Shown in pieces: positions 1 to 10,566 of a stretch of 64,000 bases of DNA. The notes under the pieces are model-generated. The model ran no database searches and was not told where the DNA came from. It saw only the letters and a program-made list of their open reading frames with translations. Numbering within the stretch: the stretch's first letter is position 1; each line of letters opens with the position of its first letter. Origin of the DNA: a virus. The stretch covers positions 1 through 64,000 of the IMG/VR virus record IMGVR_UViG_3300031553_000354; one strand, 5' to 3'. The position numbers and the translations under genes are program-made.

Positions 1-1
1 T

Positions 2-2191
2 GTTATTTGGGGCTATCCATTGGATATTTGGGATTTGGATAGAACGCGATCATTTTTATCGATATATAAACTTGGTGAATCCTTAGTTGAATATATTGAA
101 CAGGAATGTGGCCCATATGCAATGAAAATGTTTTTTGATTATGCATGTGGCGAGAATATATCAACCGCCATATCTTATTTATTCGGTTGGGATGAAAGAC
201 AGGCTCTCCAAACATTAAATAAACAATGGAGAAGCTATCTTTTTGAACGTTATCAGATTGATAAAAATGCAACGCAGCTATACAATAATCCGGATTCTAC
301 ATCAAACATTGGCATAGCATCTTGGGCACCACTGTCTAAATATATAACATATACTTGGGATGAATCGCAAGTGAGAATAGCTGATCTTAACAATGTTTAT
401 GCTTCTGATTGCAATCGCCATGTTAATTCGCTTGGAATATTAAGAAAAAATGCGATCATAGAAGGGGACTATCTCATATATGCTAGTATGAAGGATAGGA
501 ATGATTATATTACAATTTATGATTTGAAAAACAAAAAAGAAATTGAAAAAGATCGATTTGAAAATATAGCAAATATTACGTCTCCAGTCTATAAAGATGG
601 AACAACTGTATTCATTGGGCAAAATGTTAATGGATTCAAAAATATTTGTATAAAACCTGGCAATTATTTCTATCGGATTTTGAATTCACACTGTGACATC
701 CAATCATTGGTAACATATGGAAGATTTGTATATTTCATTGGAGATTACGAAGAACGTGGCGTCTATGATATCTATGCCTATATGAAAAATAATGGAAAAG
801 TAGCTCGACTCACTTGGGGCGCGAATGCTAGAGATCTTGGTTTAATTGAAAATGGATCAGGATTATATTTTATCATAGATGGCACAGAATATAATTATGT
901 AGCTATATATGACCTTGACATTCAAATTTTATATATCAGCCAGCCCATAGTTGAATACGTTCAATTTCCTTTTTTGACAAAGAATAATGATCTAATTGCA
1001 ACTATGTATGCAAATGCCCGATATCGGAATTTCAAGATTACAGCAAATACTATGCATACTATCCCATCTTCGGCACAATGGGCCACATCTTGGAAATATT
1101 CTTCTGAAGATCATGAAATTCAAAAAGCGAAATTTAAATGGAATCTTTCAATGGAACCGGTCACAGTAGGATACGACACATATTTTGGTGCCCGGGGAAA
1201 TATGGCATTAGCTTGGATCCGTGAAGATGGAGCAAGAAAATGGCTGTTTGCTGGATCCGAAAATGGGATAGCATTACTATCAAGCTGGCATAAACCATGG
1301 CTTACGAAATTTACAATGTTCCAGTGGTATAATATGTATAGATTTTATACAACTCGCAAGCTTATTCGGGAGCGTTCAGTTGAATTAATCGGGGGATTGC
1401 TGTTTAAAACGTCTGAATATAGTCAAACATACTTCAGTATTGGTGCCGGAAACAGGAAAAGAACCTTATATTTTTCATGGTCAGATTCTCACTATGGAGG
1501 ATTCTATTTTAAATATCCGGGGAAATATGAATATACTCAAAGTTATTTCCCGAAATTCTCCATGTCAAATTCTCTTAATAGAGATGATTATGGATATCAA
1601 CGATTTTCAAGAGGTTGGGTTTCAAATATATATGCCCAATATTACTATGATGACACAAGATACTCTACGTATTGGATGCCGTATTCAGGAACAAAATTTT
1701 GGTTAGCAGGGAATTTTGATGCGGATTGGTCAAATGGGAAAGTTGTTGATTGGAAAACACAGCTAATGCTAACAAAATATGTAAGTCTTGGCGAGCCAGC
1801 ATGCTGGGCAACAAGAATTATTGGCGGAATGACGCTTGGTGTTAATCCATATAAATATGAATTAGGCGGACCGACTTCTTATCGGGGATATGAATGGATG
1901 TCACTTTATACAAGACATTTTTGGTTAGCAAGCACAGAAATAAGATTGCCATTCTCATCCATAGCTGGGATATTTAGTCAGAAATTAGAGGGACCATTCT
2001 TGCATCATATTAAATTAAAATTTTTTGGTGATATAGGACAAGCATGGAATAAAAAACCGGATGACTTGATGTGGGGATTTGGTTTTGGACTTAGTGGATG
2101 GTTTAATTATATGCCAATCCAGTTTTATTGGGTAGCAAATGAAAATAATATGAAATTGCGGCCCTTCTTATCAATCAGTTACGACTTTTGA
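2..2191 (+). CDS. Omp85/BamA-TamA family outer-membrane beta-barrel protein with upstream propeller-like and peptidase-MA-like regions (5' truncated)
   Basis: Frame is open from the window edge. The C-terminus has the Omp85 lid motif LGGPTSYRGY, then STEIRLP, FFGDIGQAW, GFGFGL and a terminal Phe beta-signal (SISYDF). The middle region looks like TolB/PD40 repeats. Confidence 0.8.
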   Translation, partial: VIWGYPLDIWDLDRTRSFLSIYKLGESLVEYIEQECGPYAMKMFFDYACGENISTAISYLFGWDERQALQTLNKQWRSYLFERYQIDKNATQLYNNPDSTSNIGIASWAPLSKYITYTWDESQVRIADLNNVYASDCNRHVNSLGILRKNAIIEGDYLIYASMKDRNDYITIYDLKNKKEIEKDRFENIANITSPVYKDGTTVFIGQNVNGFKNICIKPGNYFYRILNSHCDIQSLVTYGRFVYFIGDYEERGVYDIYAYMKNNGKVARLTWGANARDLGLIENGSGLYFIIDGTEYNYVAIYDLDIQILYISQPIVEYVQFPFLTKNNDLIATMYANARYRNFKITANTMHTIPSSAQWATSWKYSSEDHEIQKAKFKWNLSMEPVTVGYDTYFGARGNMALAWIREDGARKWLFAGSENGIALLSSWHKPWLTKFTMFQWYNMYRFYTTRKLIRERSVELIGGLLFKTSEYSQTYFSIGAGNRKRTLYFSWSDSHYGGFYFKYPGKYEYTQSYFPKFSMSNSLNRDDYGYQRFSRGWVSNIYAQYYYDDTRYSTYWMPYSGTKFWLAGNFDADWSNGKVVDWKTQLMLTKYVSLGEPACWATRIIGGMTLGVNPYKYELGGPTSYRGYEWMSLYTRHFWLASTEIRLPFSSIAGIFSQKLEGPFLHHIKLKFFGDIGQAWNKKPDDLMWGFGFGLSGWFNYMPIQFYWVANENNMKLRPFLSISYDF

Positions 2192-2379
2192 AAATGAATG
2201 TTGAAAGAGAAACTAAACATATCTTGGGTCTAAGCGAAGTTCTGAAGATTCTCGCTAAAGAAATAACAGAAAAGGGTGCTTTTGATAAGGAAGATTTGGA
2301 ATTGCTCAGGAAAGTAGGATCGGATATCCTATTCAAAGGTGTTTCTTTGGAATATAATGAATATGATGAAAAGGGATAG
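2188..2379 (+). CDS. small hypothetical protein
   Basis: 63-aa ORF overlapping the upstream stop, same strand. Confidence 0.55.
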   Translation: MKMNVERETKHILGLSEVLKILAKEITEKGAFDKEDLELLRKVGSDILFKGVSLEYNEYDEKG

Positions 2380-2508
2380 ATATGAAAAAATTTTCATTCT
2401 TTAATTGGATAATAAAATATTCAAATTTCTATATATTTTTGAAAAATAACCAAGAAAATCTATTATTTTTATTCATAATCTTAATTAATTTATAAAAAAA
2501 GGAAAATT

Positions 2509-3150
2509 ATGATTTTCATTATAGGCGCGGGCGGGCATGGCAAAGTTGTGCTTGATGTGCTAAAAGCCAGACGAGAATTTTTTTCCGGAGATCCAGAGTT
2601 AACCCAAATTCCTGAATTATATACTGATAAAATTTGTTTTGCCGATCAAAATTCAGAATTGGCTGGTAAATATTTGAATGGCCACGAAATCCTGTATATG
2701 AAAACATATGCTTTGCGGGATATCAATTTCTTTTTTGTTGCCGTTGGCAATAATGAAATGCGGGCCAAAATTTATAATGAATTGAAATCGCGCGATTACC
2801 CTACAGATGTTCTTGCAAGTCCGTTTGCTTGTATATCTCCAGAAGCAGCCATAGGAAATGGCACATTAATCAATCACGGCGCGATAATTCAGCCTGGAAC
2901 ATTGATTGGAGAAAATTGTATAATCAACACTGGCGCTAAAGTTGACCATGATTGCAAAATCGGATCCCACTGCCATATAGCACCAGGATGTGTACTATGT
3001 GGAAATATTTTTGTTGGGGAGCGAACATTCATTGGGGCAGGATCTATAATTAGACCAGGAATCAAAATTGGCAAAAATTGTTTTATTCAAATGGGATCGG
3101 CGGTAACGCAAAATATCCCGGATAATACGGTATGGAAATTCCGGCAATAA
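2509..3150 (+). CDS. NeuD/PglD/PerB-family sugar N-acetyltransferase
   Basis: IIGAGGHGKVV, AVGNNEMR, hexapeptide repeats with IINTGAKVDHDC. Confidence 0.92.
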   Translation: MIFIIGAGGHGKVVLDVLKARREFFSGDPELTQIPELYTDKICFADQNSELAGKYLNGHEILYMKTYALRDINFFFVAVGNNEMRAKIYNELKSRDYPTDVLASPFACISPEAAIGNGTLINHGAIIQPGTLIGENCIINTGAKVDHDCKIGSHCHIAPGCVLCGNIFVGERTFIGAGSIIRPGIKIGKNCFIQMGSAVTQNIPDNTVWKFRQ

Positions 3151-3164
3151 ATGGAAGGAAGATA

Positions 3165-4145
3165 ATGTCAAAATCTATATTTATAACTGGATGTGCCGGC
3201 TTTATTGGTTCTCATTTTCTCAAGTATATATTTGATAATACAGATTGGAAAATTTTTGGATTAGACTCTTTAACATATGCGGGAAATCCTGAAAATATTC
3301 CAGATTATATCTTTGATAGTGACCGGTTTAAATTTATTTATGGTGATATTCGAGATATTTATTTGGCCCAAAAATATATGAGCCAATGTGAGTATTGTGT
3401 GCATTTTGCTGCAAGTACCCATGTGAGTAAATCGATATACAATACAAATGACTTTATTGATGTTGATGTCAAAGGGACACAAGTACTTCTTGATGTATTA
3501 AAACAGCATAAATTAGAACGATTTATTCATATCTCCACTAGTGAAGTATATGGAACCGCTCAACATTCTCCTATGACAGAATTGCATCCATTAAACCCTA
3601 GATCTCCATATGCTGCATCGAAATGTGGAGCAGATAGACTTTGTTTTTCATATATAACAACGTTTGATTTACCTATAACCATAATTAGACCGTTTAATAA
3701 TTATGGGTCCAATCAACATCCTGAAAAATTAATTCCACATTTGATTACGTCGATTCTGCAAGGAAAAAAAGGCAAGATTTTTGGTTCTGGTGAAGCGCAA
3801 AGGGATTGGCTATATGTGGAAGATACTATCGAAGGCATATTCAAAGCGTTGACTACTAAAAGCGCAAATCAAAAAATTATAAATCTTGCTACGAATAGAT
3901 CCATATCTGTTAATGAAATTGCAAATATGATCATAAAGGAAATCGGCGGAGAAATCGAATATACTGATTTCCGCCCCGGAGAAGTTTCTAAACACGAAGG
4001 ATCATATGAAGGAGCCAGATTACTATTAAATTGGGTTCCAAAAGTTAATATTGAAACAGGAATCAAATTAACAATTGAATGGTATAAAAATAATGAAAAT
4101 TGGTGGAACAATAGGCGGACCAGGCTCGGCTGCCAGATTACTTAA
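3165..4145 (+). CDS. NDP-sugar 4,6-dehydratase (extended SDR, RmlB/GMD-like)
   Basis: ITGCAGFIG, DSLTYAGN, HFAASTHV, STSEVYG, YAASK, NNYG...PEKLIP, RDWLYVED. Start moved to ATG 3165 after a GGAAGGA SD. Confidence 0.92.
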   Translation: MSKSIFITGCAGFIGSHFLKYIFDNTDWKIFGLDSLTYAGNPENIPDYIFDSDRFKFIYGDIRDIYLAQKYMSQCEYCVHFAASTHVSKSIYNTNDFIDVDVKGTQVLLDVLKQHKLERFIHISTSEVYGTAQHSPMTELHPLNPRSPYAASKCGADRLCFSYITTFDLPITIIRPFNNYGSNQHPEKLIPHLITSILQGKKGKIFGSGEAQRDWLYVEDTIEGIFKALTTKSANQKIINLATNRSISVNEIANMIIKEIGGEIEYTDFRPGEVSKHEGSYEGARLLLNWVPKVNIETGIKLTIEWYKNNENWWNNRRTRLGCQIT

Positions 4146-4154
4146 GGAGGACAG

Positions 4155-5231
4155 ATGATTAGATACGTTTATCCGGATCTTCCAAATCTTTCGGAAATCG
4201 AATTTGATTTAAAAGATGCATTGGAAACTGGGTCTATTACCATGTGTGACCAAGTTAAGCAATTTGAACGAACTATTTCAAAATATTTGAATATCCCATA
4301 TGTGCTTTGCATGGGCAATGCAACGTCATGTTTAATGCTCATGCTACGAAATTTAAAAGGTGATATTTTGGTTCCATCCTGGACATTTCATGCTACGTTG
4401 GCAGCATGTGCATGGAACAGATTAAATCCAATATATGTGGATATTAATCCTGATACATGGACAATCGATGTTGAGGATGCAGAACGAAAAATAACAACGA
4501 AAACTCAAGCAATTATGCCCGTCGACATATTTGGTTTACCTCCCGATTTTTCTGACCTATCGGAATTTGCCGATGTTCACAAAATTAAGCTATTATCAGA
4601 TTCCAGCCAAGGATTTGGATCAAAGTATAATGGCCAGTATATTGGTGGTTTTGGCGACGGAGAATGTTTTAGTCTTAGCGCTACTAAAGTGTTTACCGCG
4701 GGAGAAGGTGGAATATTTACTACCCGGGATAAATTTATGTATGAATCAATGAAAGCTGGTCGTCATTGGGGCGATTCTGGATTTTCTTATTTTGAAAGTA
4801 ATTATAACCCGTCTTCGATAGGATTGAATGGTCACATGACAGAATTTCAAGCCATATTAGGACAATGGGGGTTAAAACATTTAGATGAATCAATTGCAAT
4901 AAAACACAAATTAGTTGCACTATATAAAAAATATTTAGGCAATTCGGTCATTTATCAAAAAATCCCAAAAGATAGAACTACAACATATAAAGATTTTTCC
5001 ATATTAGTTCCTATTGAAAAACATAAACAAATTATGAAAAATTTGAATCATAATGAAATTCAATTCAAAAATTATTTTTATCCTTGTCATATGACCAATG
5101 CATATAAGAAAAATGTAAAACTTCCTGTTACAGAAGAATACTATAATAGATCTATTTCTCTCCCGATTCATAATAAGCTTATGGAAGAGGAAGTAAGATT
5201 TATATGCAATGTCATTTTGGAGATTTTATGA
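4155..5231 (+). CDS. DegT/DnrJ/EryC1/StrS PLP-dependent sugar aminotransferase
   Basis: VPSWTF, VDINPDTW, DSSQGFGS, FSLSATKVFTAGEGG (PLP Lys), SLPIH. AAGGAGG SD. Confidence 0.93.
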   Translation: MIRYVYPDLPNLSEIEFDLKDALETGSITMCDQVKQFERTISKYLNIPYVLCMGNATSCLMLMLRNLKGDILVPSWTFHATLAACAWNRLNPIYVDINPDTWTIDVEDAERKITTKTQAIMPVDIFGLPPDFSDLSEFADVHKIKLLSDSSQGFGSKYNGQYIGGFGDGECFSLSATKVFTAGEGGIFTTRDKFMYESMKAGRHWGDSGFSYFESNYNPSSIGLNGHMTEFQAILGQWGLKHLDESIAIKHKLVALYKKYLGNSVIYQKIPKDRTTTYKDFSILVPIEKHKQIMKNLNHNEIQFKNYFYPCHMTNAYKKNVKLPVTEEYYNRSISLPIHNKLMEEEVRFICNVILEIL

Positions 5232-6289
5232 GAATTATGATTATAGGATTTTATGGAATGGGCAACTGTGGAGACGAAGCCATTTTAAATGGACTAATTA
5301 CAACCATTCGGAAAATTAATCCGGATATTGGAATTGACGTAGCGACAGAATTGCCATTTATATATCATGATCAGTATAATGAATGGAAGAGCAAAGGCGT
5401 TCCATTAAAAAGGAATGGAATTTATTATGATGTGGGAATCCGCACACTAACTAATTATAATTTTGGAAAAGGAAAAGAACAATATGGTTTGATCATACTC
5501 GGAGGTGGTGGACTTGCAATTGGATATGGTTATGGTTTGGTGCTCTTTGCTATGAATGCTGGAATCCCGGTCATAAATATGGGAATTGAATATAAAAAGG
5601 GTGAACTTAGGAATTCAGATCTTTTTCATGAATTTCTTAAACGATTTTCTGATATTGCAGTTCGATCTAGAGATTCAAGCGATTTCTTAGTTTCTTTGGG
5701 AATTGAGCATAATCTTACATTTTGTCCCAGCTTACAAATTGATCCTATAGCATATGGACCACTGCCGGATGATTATATTGTAGTAACACCAAGAAGGACA
5801 AATGATATAGATGATGGAAAACAAATACAAATAATAATTAATAAATTAAGAGAATTAAATAAACCGGCAATCCTACTTCCATTCAGTAAATATGATTTAA
5901 CTCAACAGCCGATAGATATGAAAATATGTAATGAAATCAATTCACAATATTCAAATTCAATGGTGCTTCCTGTCGACGGATATACGCCCGAAGCATATAA
6001 ATTTATTATTTCCAAAGCATCACTTCTTATAAATTCCGGAAGATTCCATGCATCCATATTTGCTGCCGAAGCTGGAATTCCAACAATTCATAGTTATCCA
6101 ATAGAAAGTTCTGGTAAAATTTATAATTTTCTATCTGAATTTGGAATTGAAAAACTAAATCCATGGTCAGAAGGATTTGGCTCCTTGATTAATTTTGGCA
6201 GTCCGGAAAATAAAGTGATTATGGATAGATTTCGTGAATTGGAGAAAATGAATTCAAAAATACTGAGGAAGTATATTCCCAATTCTTAA
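5228..6289 (+). CDS. polysaccharide pyruvyltransferase (CsaB/WcaK-like)
   Basis: GFYGMGNCGDEAIL, LGGGG, VRSRDS, SGRFHASIFA. ATG 5228 overlaps the upstream stop. Confidence 0.88.
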   Translation: MRIMIIGFYGMGNCGDEAILNGLITTIRKINPDIGIDVATELPFIYHDQYNEWKSKGVPLKRNGIYYDVGIRTLTNYNFGKGKEQYGLIILGGGGLAIGYGYGLVLFAMNAGIPVINMGIEYKKGELRNSDLFHEFLKRFSDIAVRSRDSSDFLVSLGIEHNLTFCPSLQIDPIAYGPLPDDYIVVTPRRTNDIDDGKQIQIIINKLRELNKPAILLPFSKYDLTQQPIDMKICNEINSQYSNSMVLPVDGYTPEAYKFIISKASLLINSGRFHASIFAAEAGIPTIHSYPIESSGKIYNFLSEFGIEKLNPWSEGFGSLINFGSPENKVIMDRFRELEKMNSKILRKYIPNS

Positions 6290-6336
6290 AAATTTTTCTG
6301 GGAAAAAATATAGTTAACGCGCGAAGAGGAAAGCAA

Positions 6337-7299
6337 ATGAAAATATCAGTTGTGATTCCAACATATAATCGAGGCCATTTTTTAGCATATTCATTATATT
6401 TATATGCAAAACAAACTATGAGGGATTTTGAAATCATTGTCATTGATGATGGATCAATTGATAATACTTTTGAAATATGCAAAGCGTTCGGTAAATTTCT
6501 TAATATCCGATATTTCCAAAGTGATAGAAAGTCTGAATCAATTTATCAAAGTGGCGGACCATTAATAAATTTTGCAGTAAAAAATATTGCTCTCGGCAGT
6601 ATTATTTTATATTCTGATCCAGAAGTTATGCCATTTCCAAATTTTGTTGAATCCCACTATGGTTCTCATCAAATTGATACAGTTATTACTGAACCAATGT
6701 ATATCGCTTCAGGAGTTCCCGGCAAGATTCGTGATAATGTTATTATTAGGGATGGAACTAAGAATTGTGTTAAAGGTTTAACACTTAAAACCTGGATAGA
6801 TCATGTGCGGATTTTAGGATATTGGGAAGACTGGAAAAATTCAGGAGCAATTAAAAATATAAAAGAATTTTGGAATGACATGTGGGCAAAAATAATGCAA
6901 CTTCCAATGAACTATATTGGCGACCCAAATATGGGATATGGATATGCTGATGGGGAACAACATTTTTGGGGATTTCAAGGATCTCAAGCCGGACTTTCAT
7001 TTCCAAAGGATATTTTTATCCAAATACACGGCTGGGATGAATCTATTGAAAAACCCGGATATTGGATGGGAGAAGATGGGGAATTCGGGGCCCGAATGAT
7101 AAAGCATGGAGTGGGTGTGATTGAAAACCCAAACATAAAAGCAGTTCATATTTACCATCCAAAACCACAAACATATACGGATGAGGAACGCAAGAAATAT
7201 GTAGTTAAAAAATGCGAAGATCCAGATTATAAAATAGCTAATCAAGATATAGATTGGGGGAGTGCAGAAAGATTAAAAATCAAGGAAATTGAATTATGA
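6337..7299 (+). CDS. GT2 family glycosyltransferase
   Basis: SVVIPTYNR, IIVIDDGSID, GWDE...WMGEDGEF, AVHIYH. Confidence 0.9.
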   Translation: MKISVVIPTYNRGHFLAYSLYLYAKQTMRDFEIIVIDDGSIDNTFEICKAFGKFLNIRYFQSDRKSESIYQSGGPLINFAVKNIALGSIILYSDPEVMPFPNFVESHYGSHQIDTVITEPMYIASGVPGKIRDNVIIRDGTKNCVKGLTLKTWIDHVRILGYWEDWKNSGAIKNIKEFWNDMWAKIMQLPMNYIGDPNMGYGYADGEQHFWGFQGSQAGLSFPKDIFIQIHGWDESIEKPGYWMGEDGEFGARMIKHGVGVIENPNIKAVHIYHPKPQTYTDEERKKYVVKKCEDPDYKIANQDIDWGSAERLKIKEIEL

Positions 7300-8342
7300 A
7301 ACCGAAAATGTCTGTAATATTGGAAACTGCCAGATATGGCGGTCTAGATTGGCAATTTAAATTATTTGCCAATCAAACATTTCAAGATTTTGAATTGATA
7401 CTTATTGACGGATGTTGGGAACAAAGGGAAACGGAAATTATTGATTTGGCGCGAAAATTGAATATAAAAATGAAATATCTTCGAGAACAATATCCATTCA
7501 AAACTGAACATACGCGCCCAATAAATGTGAACACATGTATGATGCAAGCAAACGGAGATTACTTTGTATTTCTTGATGATTTCCACATTTTTCCAAATAA
7601 TTTTTTGGAAGAACATTACAAAATCTGTGAAAAGGGATATGCCGGAATGGTAAGATGGGACATCGTCAAATGTGATGGGGAACTTGACTATTCGACATAT
7701 ATACCGACGGTTGATAGTATAGATCCCAGATGGAATTATTTTATGGATCATAAGTGGGAATTTGAACAATATGGAAATTGGTTTATTGGTGTTCCTTGGG
7801 ATTGGTGGTGGCCCAATTCAACAAGTGTTCCAAGAAAATGGATTGAAATGGTAAATGGATTTAATGAACTTTATTGTGGCGGTACTGGAAGCGAAGATAA
7901 TGATACTGCTTATAGAATGGCTGCATCAGGTATGAAATTTGCATACAATCCGACAATTACTGCTTATCATATTCAACATGGGAAAATATCAAATAAATCA
8001 AGATCTCACGGCGAAAAAAACACAAATTTATTTTTATCAATGAGAAAATTAAAGCATAGAATTGGAGCCCCATGTAACTATCGACATGATAGGCGACCAT
8101 TTACTAAGAATGAATATTATAAAGATGGGGATCCTAATTTAATTGAAAATGAATTATTATTTACATGGTTCCAGGATGGTTATAAAGTATTTCAATGTAA
8201 ACATTGTGGCGAATTCGGAGCCATAGATGGACAGCAAATGTTAACGAACACAAAAAACAGATGCAATTCAAATATTTATATTCCACCATCTAAAATTCAT
8301 TTTCCAGATGGGCCTGTTTATAATTGTACAAATATAAAATGA
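7296..8342 (+). CDS. GT2 family glycosyltransferase with C-terminal CxxC
   Basis: FELILIDG, FLDD, NGFNE...GSEDND, AYHIQH, CKHCG. Paralog of 10567-11619. Confidence 0.85.
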   Translation: MKPKMSVILETARYGGLDWQFKLFANQTFQDFELILIDGCWEQRETEIIDLARKLNIKMKYLREQYPFKTEHTRPINVNTCMMQANGDYFVFLDDFHIFPNNFLEEHYKICEKGYAGMVRWDIVKCDGELDYSTYIPTVDSIDPRWNYFMDHKWEFEQYGNWFIGVPWDWWWPNSTSVPRKWIEMVNGFNELYCGGTGSEDNDTAYRMAASGMKFAYNPTITAYHIQHGKISNKSRSHGEKNTNLFLSMRKLKHRIGAPCNYRHDRRPFTKNEYYKDGDPNLIENELLFTWFQDGYKVFQCKHCGEFGAIDGQQMLTNTKNRCNSNIYIPPSKIHFPDGPVYNCTNIK

Positions 8343-8363
8343 TCTATCAAGAAAAGGAAAAAT

Positions 8364-8969
8364 ATGAAATTTAATGAAGTAAATCAATTGGTTCCACTTT
8401 TATACAAAGATTTATGGTATAAATTGGAAAAAGAATTTTTATATGGCGCGGCATATAATGCACCTCCTGGTGCGCTTGTGGAAATTGGAACTTCTTGCGG
8501 ATATTCATCTGTATTTTTAGCCGCGGCGGCTCACGAAAAAGGAGCAAAATTTTATACAATAGATCCGTATGGATTGCCTGGCGAAAGAGAAAATCATGAT
8601 ATTGGTAATGATCTACGTATAAATGAATTCCATAAAAATATGGAAAAATTAAATATTCCAAACAACTGGGAATTGATCCAAAATTATTCATATGAGGCAG
8701 CAAAACAATTTCATGAACCGGTAGCTTTTGTATTTATAGATGGATGCCATTGTTATAAATGTGTAAAAAGAGATTACGAATTATGGGCATCTAAATTAAT
8801 GATAAATGGAATTTTAGTGTTCCATGATGCTGGATTTGATGGACCAGCAAAAGTCATAAAATTAGTAGAAAATTCAAACACATTTGGTGATAAAAAAGTT
8901 GGTTCAAATCATCCAATATCTGGATATACTGCATATTTTATAAAAATAAATAAGGAATCGAACAAATGA
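8364..8969 (+). CDS. class I SAM-dependent methyltransferase (Methyltransf_24-like)
   Basis: VEIGTSCGYS, IDPY, FIDGCH, GILVFHD. Confidence 0.88.
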   Translation: MKFNEVNQLVPLLYKDLWYKLEKEFLYGAAYNAPPGALVEIGTSCGYSSVFLAAAAHEKGAKFYTIDPYGLPGERENHDIGNDLRINEFHKNMEKLNIPNNWELIQNYSYEAAKQFHEPVAFVFIDGCHCYKCVKRDYELWASKLMINGILVFHDAGFDGPAKVIKLVENSNTFGDKKVGSNHPISGYTAYFIKINKESNK

Positions 8970-9893
8970 AAATTTCTATAATCACTGTAATAGCCAATAG
9001 ATTGAAGTATCTAAAGCCATTAATGTGGAATCTATTTAATTATCAAGATTTAGATAAATCTGAATTTGAACATATTATCGTTGATGATGGAGGCGTTGAA
9101 AATATTACATCATGGCTAATGGATAATTATCTTGGAAAAAACGTTCGATATATCAAAACCAATCGAAAAAAACGCCGAGGTATGCCAAATGTTTCAGCCG
9201 GACGATCAATTCCAACCAACTTAGGTGTTAAATTTGCGAAAGGCGACATCATACTGATTTGCGATGCAGAAATGTATATGCTCGAATTTAATCATCTATC
9301 TACATTTTGTAGTAAAATTGGTCCAAAACAAATAATGGCGGCAATACCTATTTCGACCAGAAATGAATCAGATTTAATTTTTTATTTAGCTAATTATAAA
9401 AATCCGGACGCATTTGAAAAATATTTGAAAGAAAATTATACTAATAATGGACTATGGAGTTTTCCAGTAGATGCGCCTTTGACTGTTCCCGCTAAAATTA
9501 ATCCTTATGGTCAAATTTATGCAAAGATTAATGGACAAATTCATTTTTTATATCGGGGTTCAGGATATTGGGCACAGCGCCGGGAAGATTATATCAATAT
9601 TGGCGGATTTGATGAAAAAGCGTGGGGAATGGCTGGAGATGATTATGAATTATCTTATCGTTTTGACGCTGATGGATTTTCATATTCCTTCCCCATTGCA
9701 CTTTGTACATAATTTTCATGGGAAAGGATTTGAAAGGCATTCTTGTGAAATTAATAAAGACTTACTTGAAGAAAGTAAAAAAATCAAATTAGATCTTTTT
9801 GAAAAAATTAATAACAAAACACTACCAATACATTTAAAATTTGATCCGCAATTTTATAATGGTGATATTTATATTGATTTATCGAAACCATGA
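8966..9893 (+). pseudogene. GT2 glycosyltransferase interrupted by a +1 frameshift near 9677-9680
   Basis: ORF 8966-9712 has IIVDDGG, ICDAE and GGFDE...GDDYE, but stops before the HxxH motif. That motif (FVHNFH) is in the +1 frame, which runs to 9893. Confidence 0.7.
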
Positions 9894-9907
9894 ATGGAGA
9901 AAAATAA

Positions 9908-10507
9908 ATGAATATAGAGGAAACGAAAAAACTTAGATTACAATTTGGCAGTCAAGTTTCCGAAGCAGAATGCATTGAATTATATGATAAAGTATTAAAC
10001 ACACCCGCTGGCGCAGTAGTTGAAGTTGGATCTGCCACAGGTGGCTCTATTATTTTTCTTATAGCTGCTGCTCAAGAAGTCGGAAAAATGGTATATTCAA
10101 TTGATCCATATCCAGAAGATCTCGAAGATAAAGCTTATGGATATGGCCATGGCATGATGAAATCATGGAAGAATGCATTCAAAAAAAATATTTTGAATGG
10201 AAAATATGATAATATTGTTCAATACAATGAAGATGTGGCAGATTGCATTGATAAAATACCAGATGGTTTATCATTTGTATTCATTGATGGTTGTCATGAA
10301 TACGAATTTGTGAAAAATGATTTTGAACTATTAGTTCCAAAACTCATATCTGGTGGTTGGATTTATTTGCACGATGCTGGCTGGGAAGCTGGATCAATTT
10401 CAAGGGATCCCGAAAAAGGAGTAAATAAGATAGCCAAAAGAATTTGTCCTCCCAAATTCCAAGATTGTAAACCATGTGGTGTGATGTATGGCGGCAGAAA
10501 AACATAA
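9908..10507 (+). CDS. class I SAM-dependent methyltransferase (Methyltransf_24-like)
   Basis: VEVGSATGGS, SIDPY, FIDGCHEY, GWIYLHD. Paralog of 8364-8969. Confidence 0.88.
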   Translation: MNIEETKKLRLQFGSQVSEAECIELYDKVLNTPAGAVVEVGSATGGSIIFLIAAAQEVGKMVYSIDPYPEDLEDKAYGYGHGMMKSWKNAFKKNILNGKYDNIVQYNEDVADCIDKIPDGLSFVFIDGCHEYEFVKNDFELLVPKLISGGWIYLHDAGWEAGSISRDPEKGVNKIAKRICPPKFQDCKPCGVMYGGRKT

Positions 10508-10566
10508 AGAGCTGATAGGAAATTAATATGGCTTGGAGCAGAAAATATAATAAATTGGAGGAATAA

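Noticed and set aside
2382-2494. AT-rich ~37-codon ORF before the sugar cluster
   Set aside because: Low complexity with no support; more likely promoter-containing spacer.
9507-9893. 128-aa ORF as an independent gene
   Set aside because: Its first ~58 codons overlap the GT2 out of frame. The remainder is better explained as the frameshifted GT2 C-terminus.
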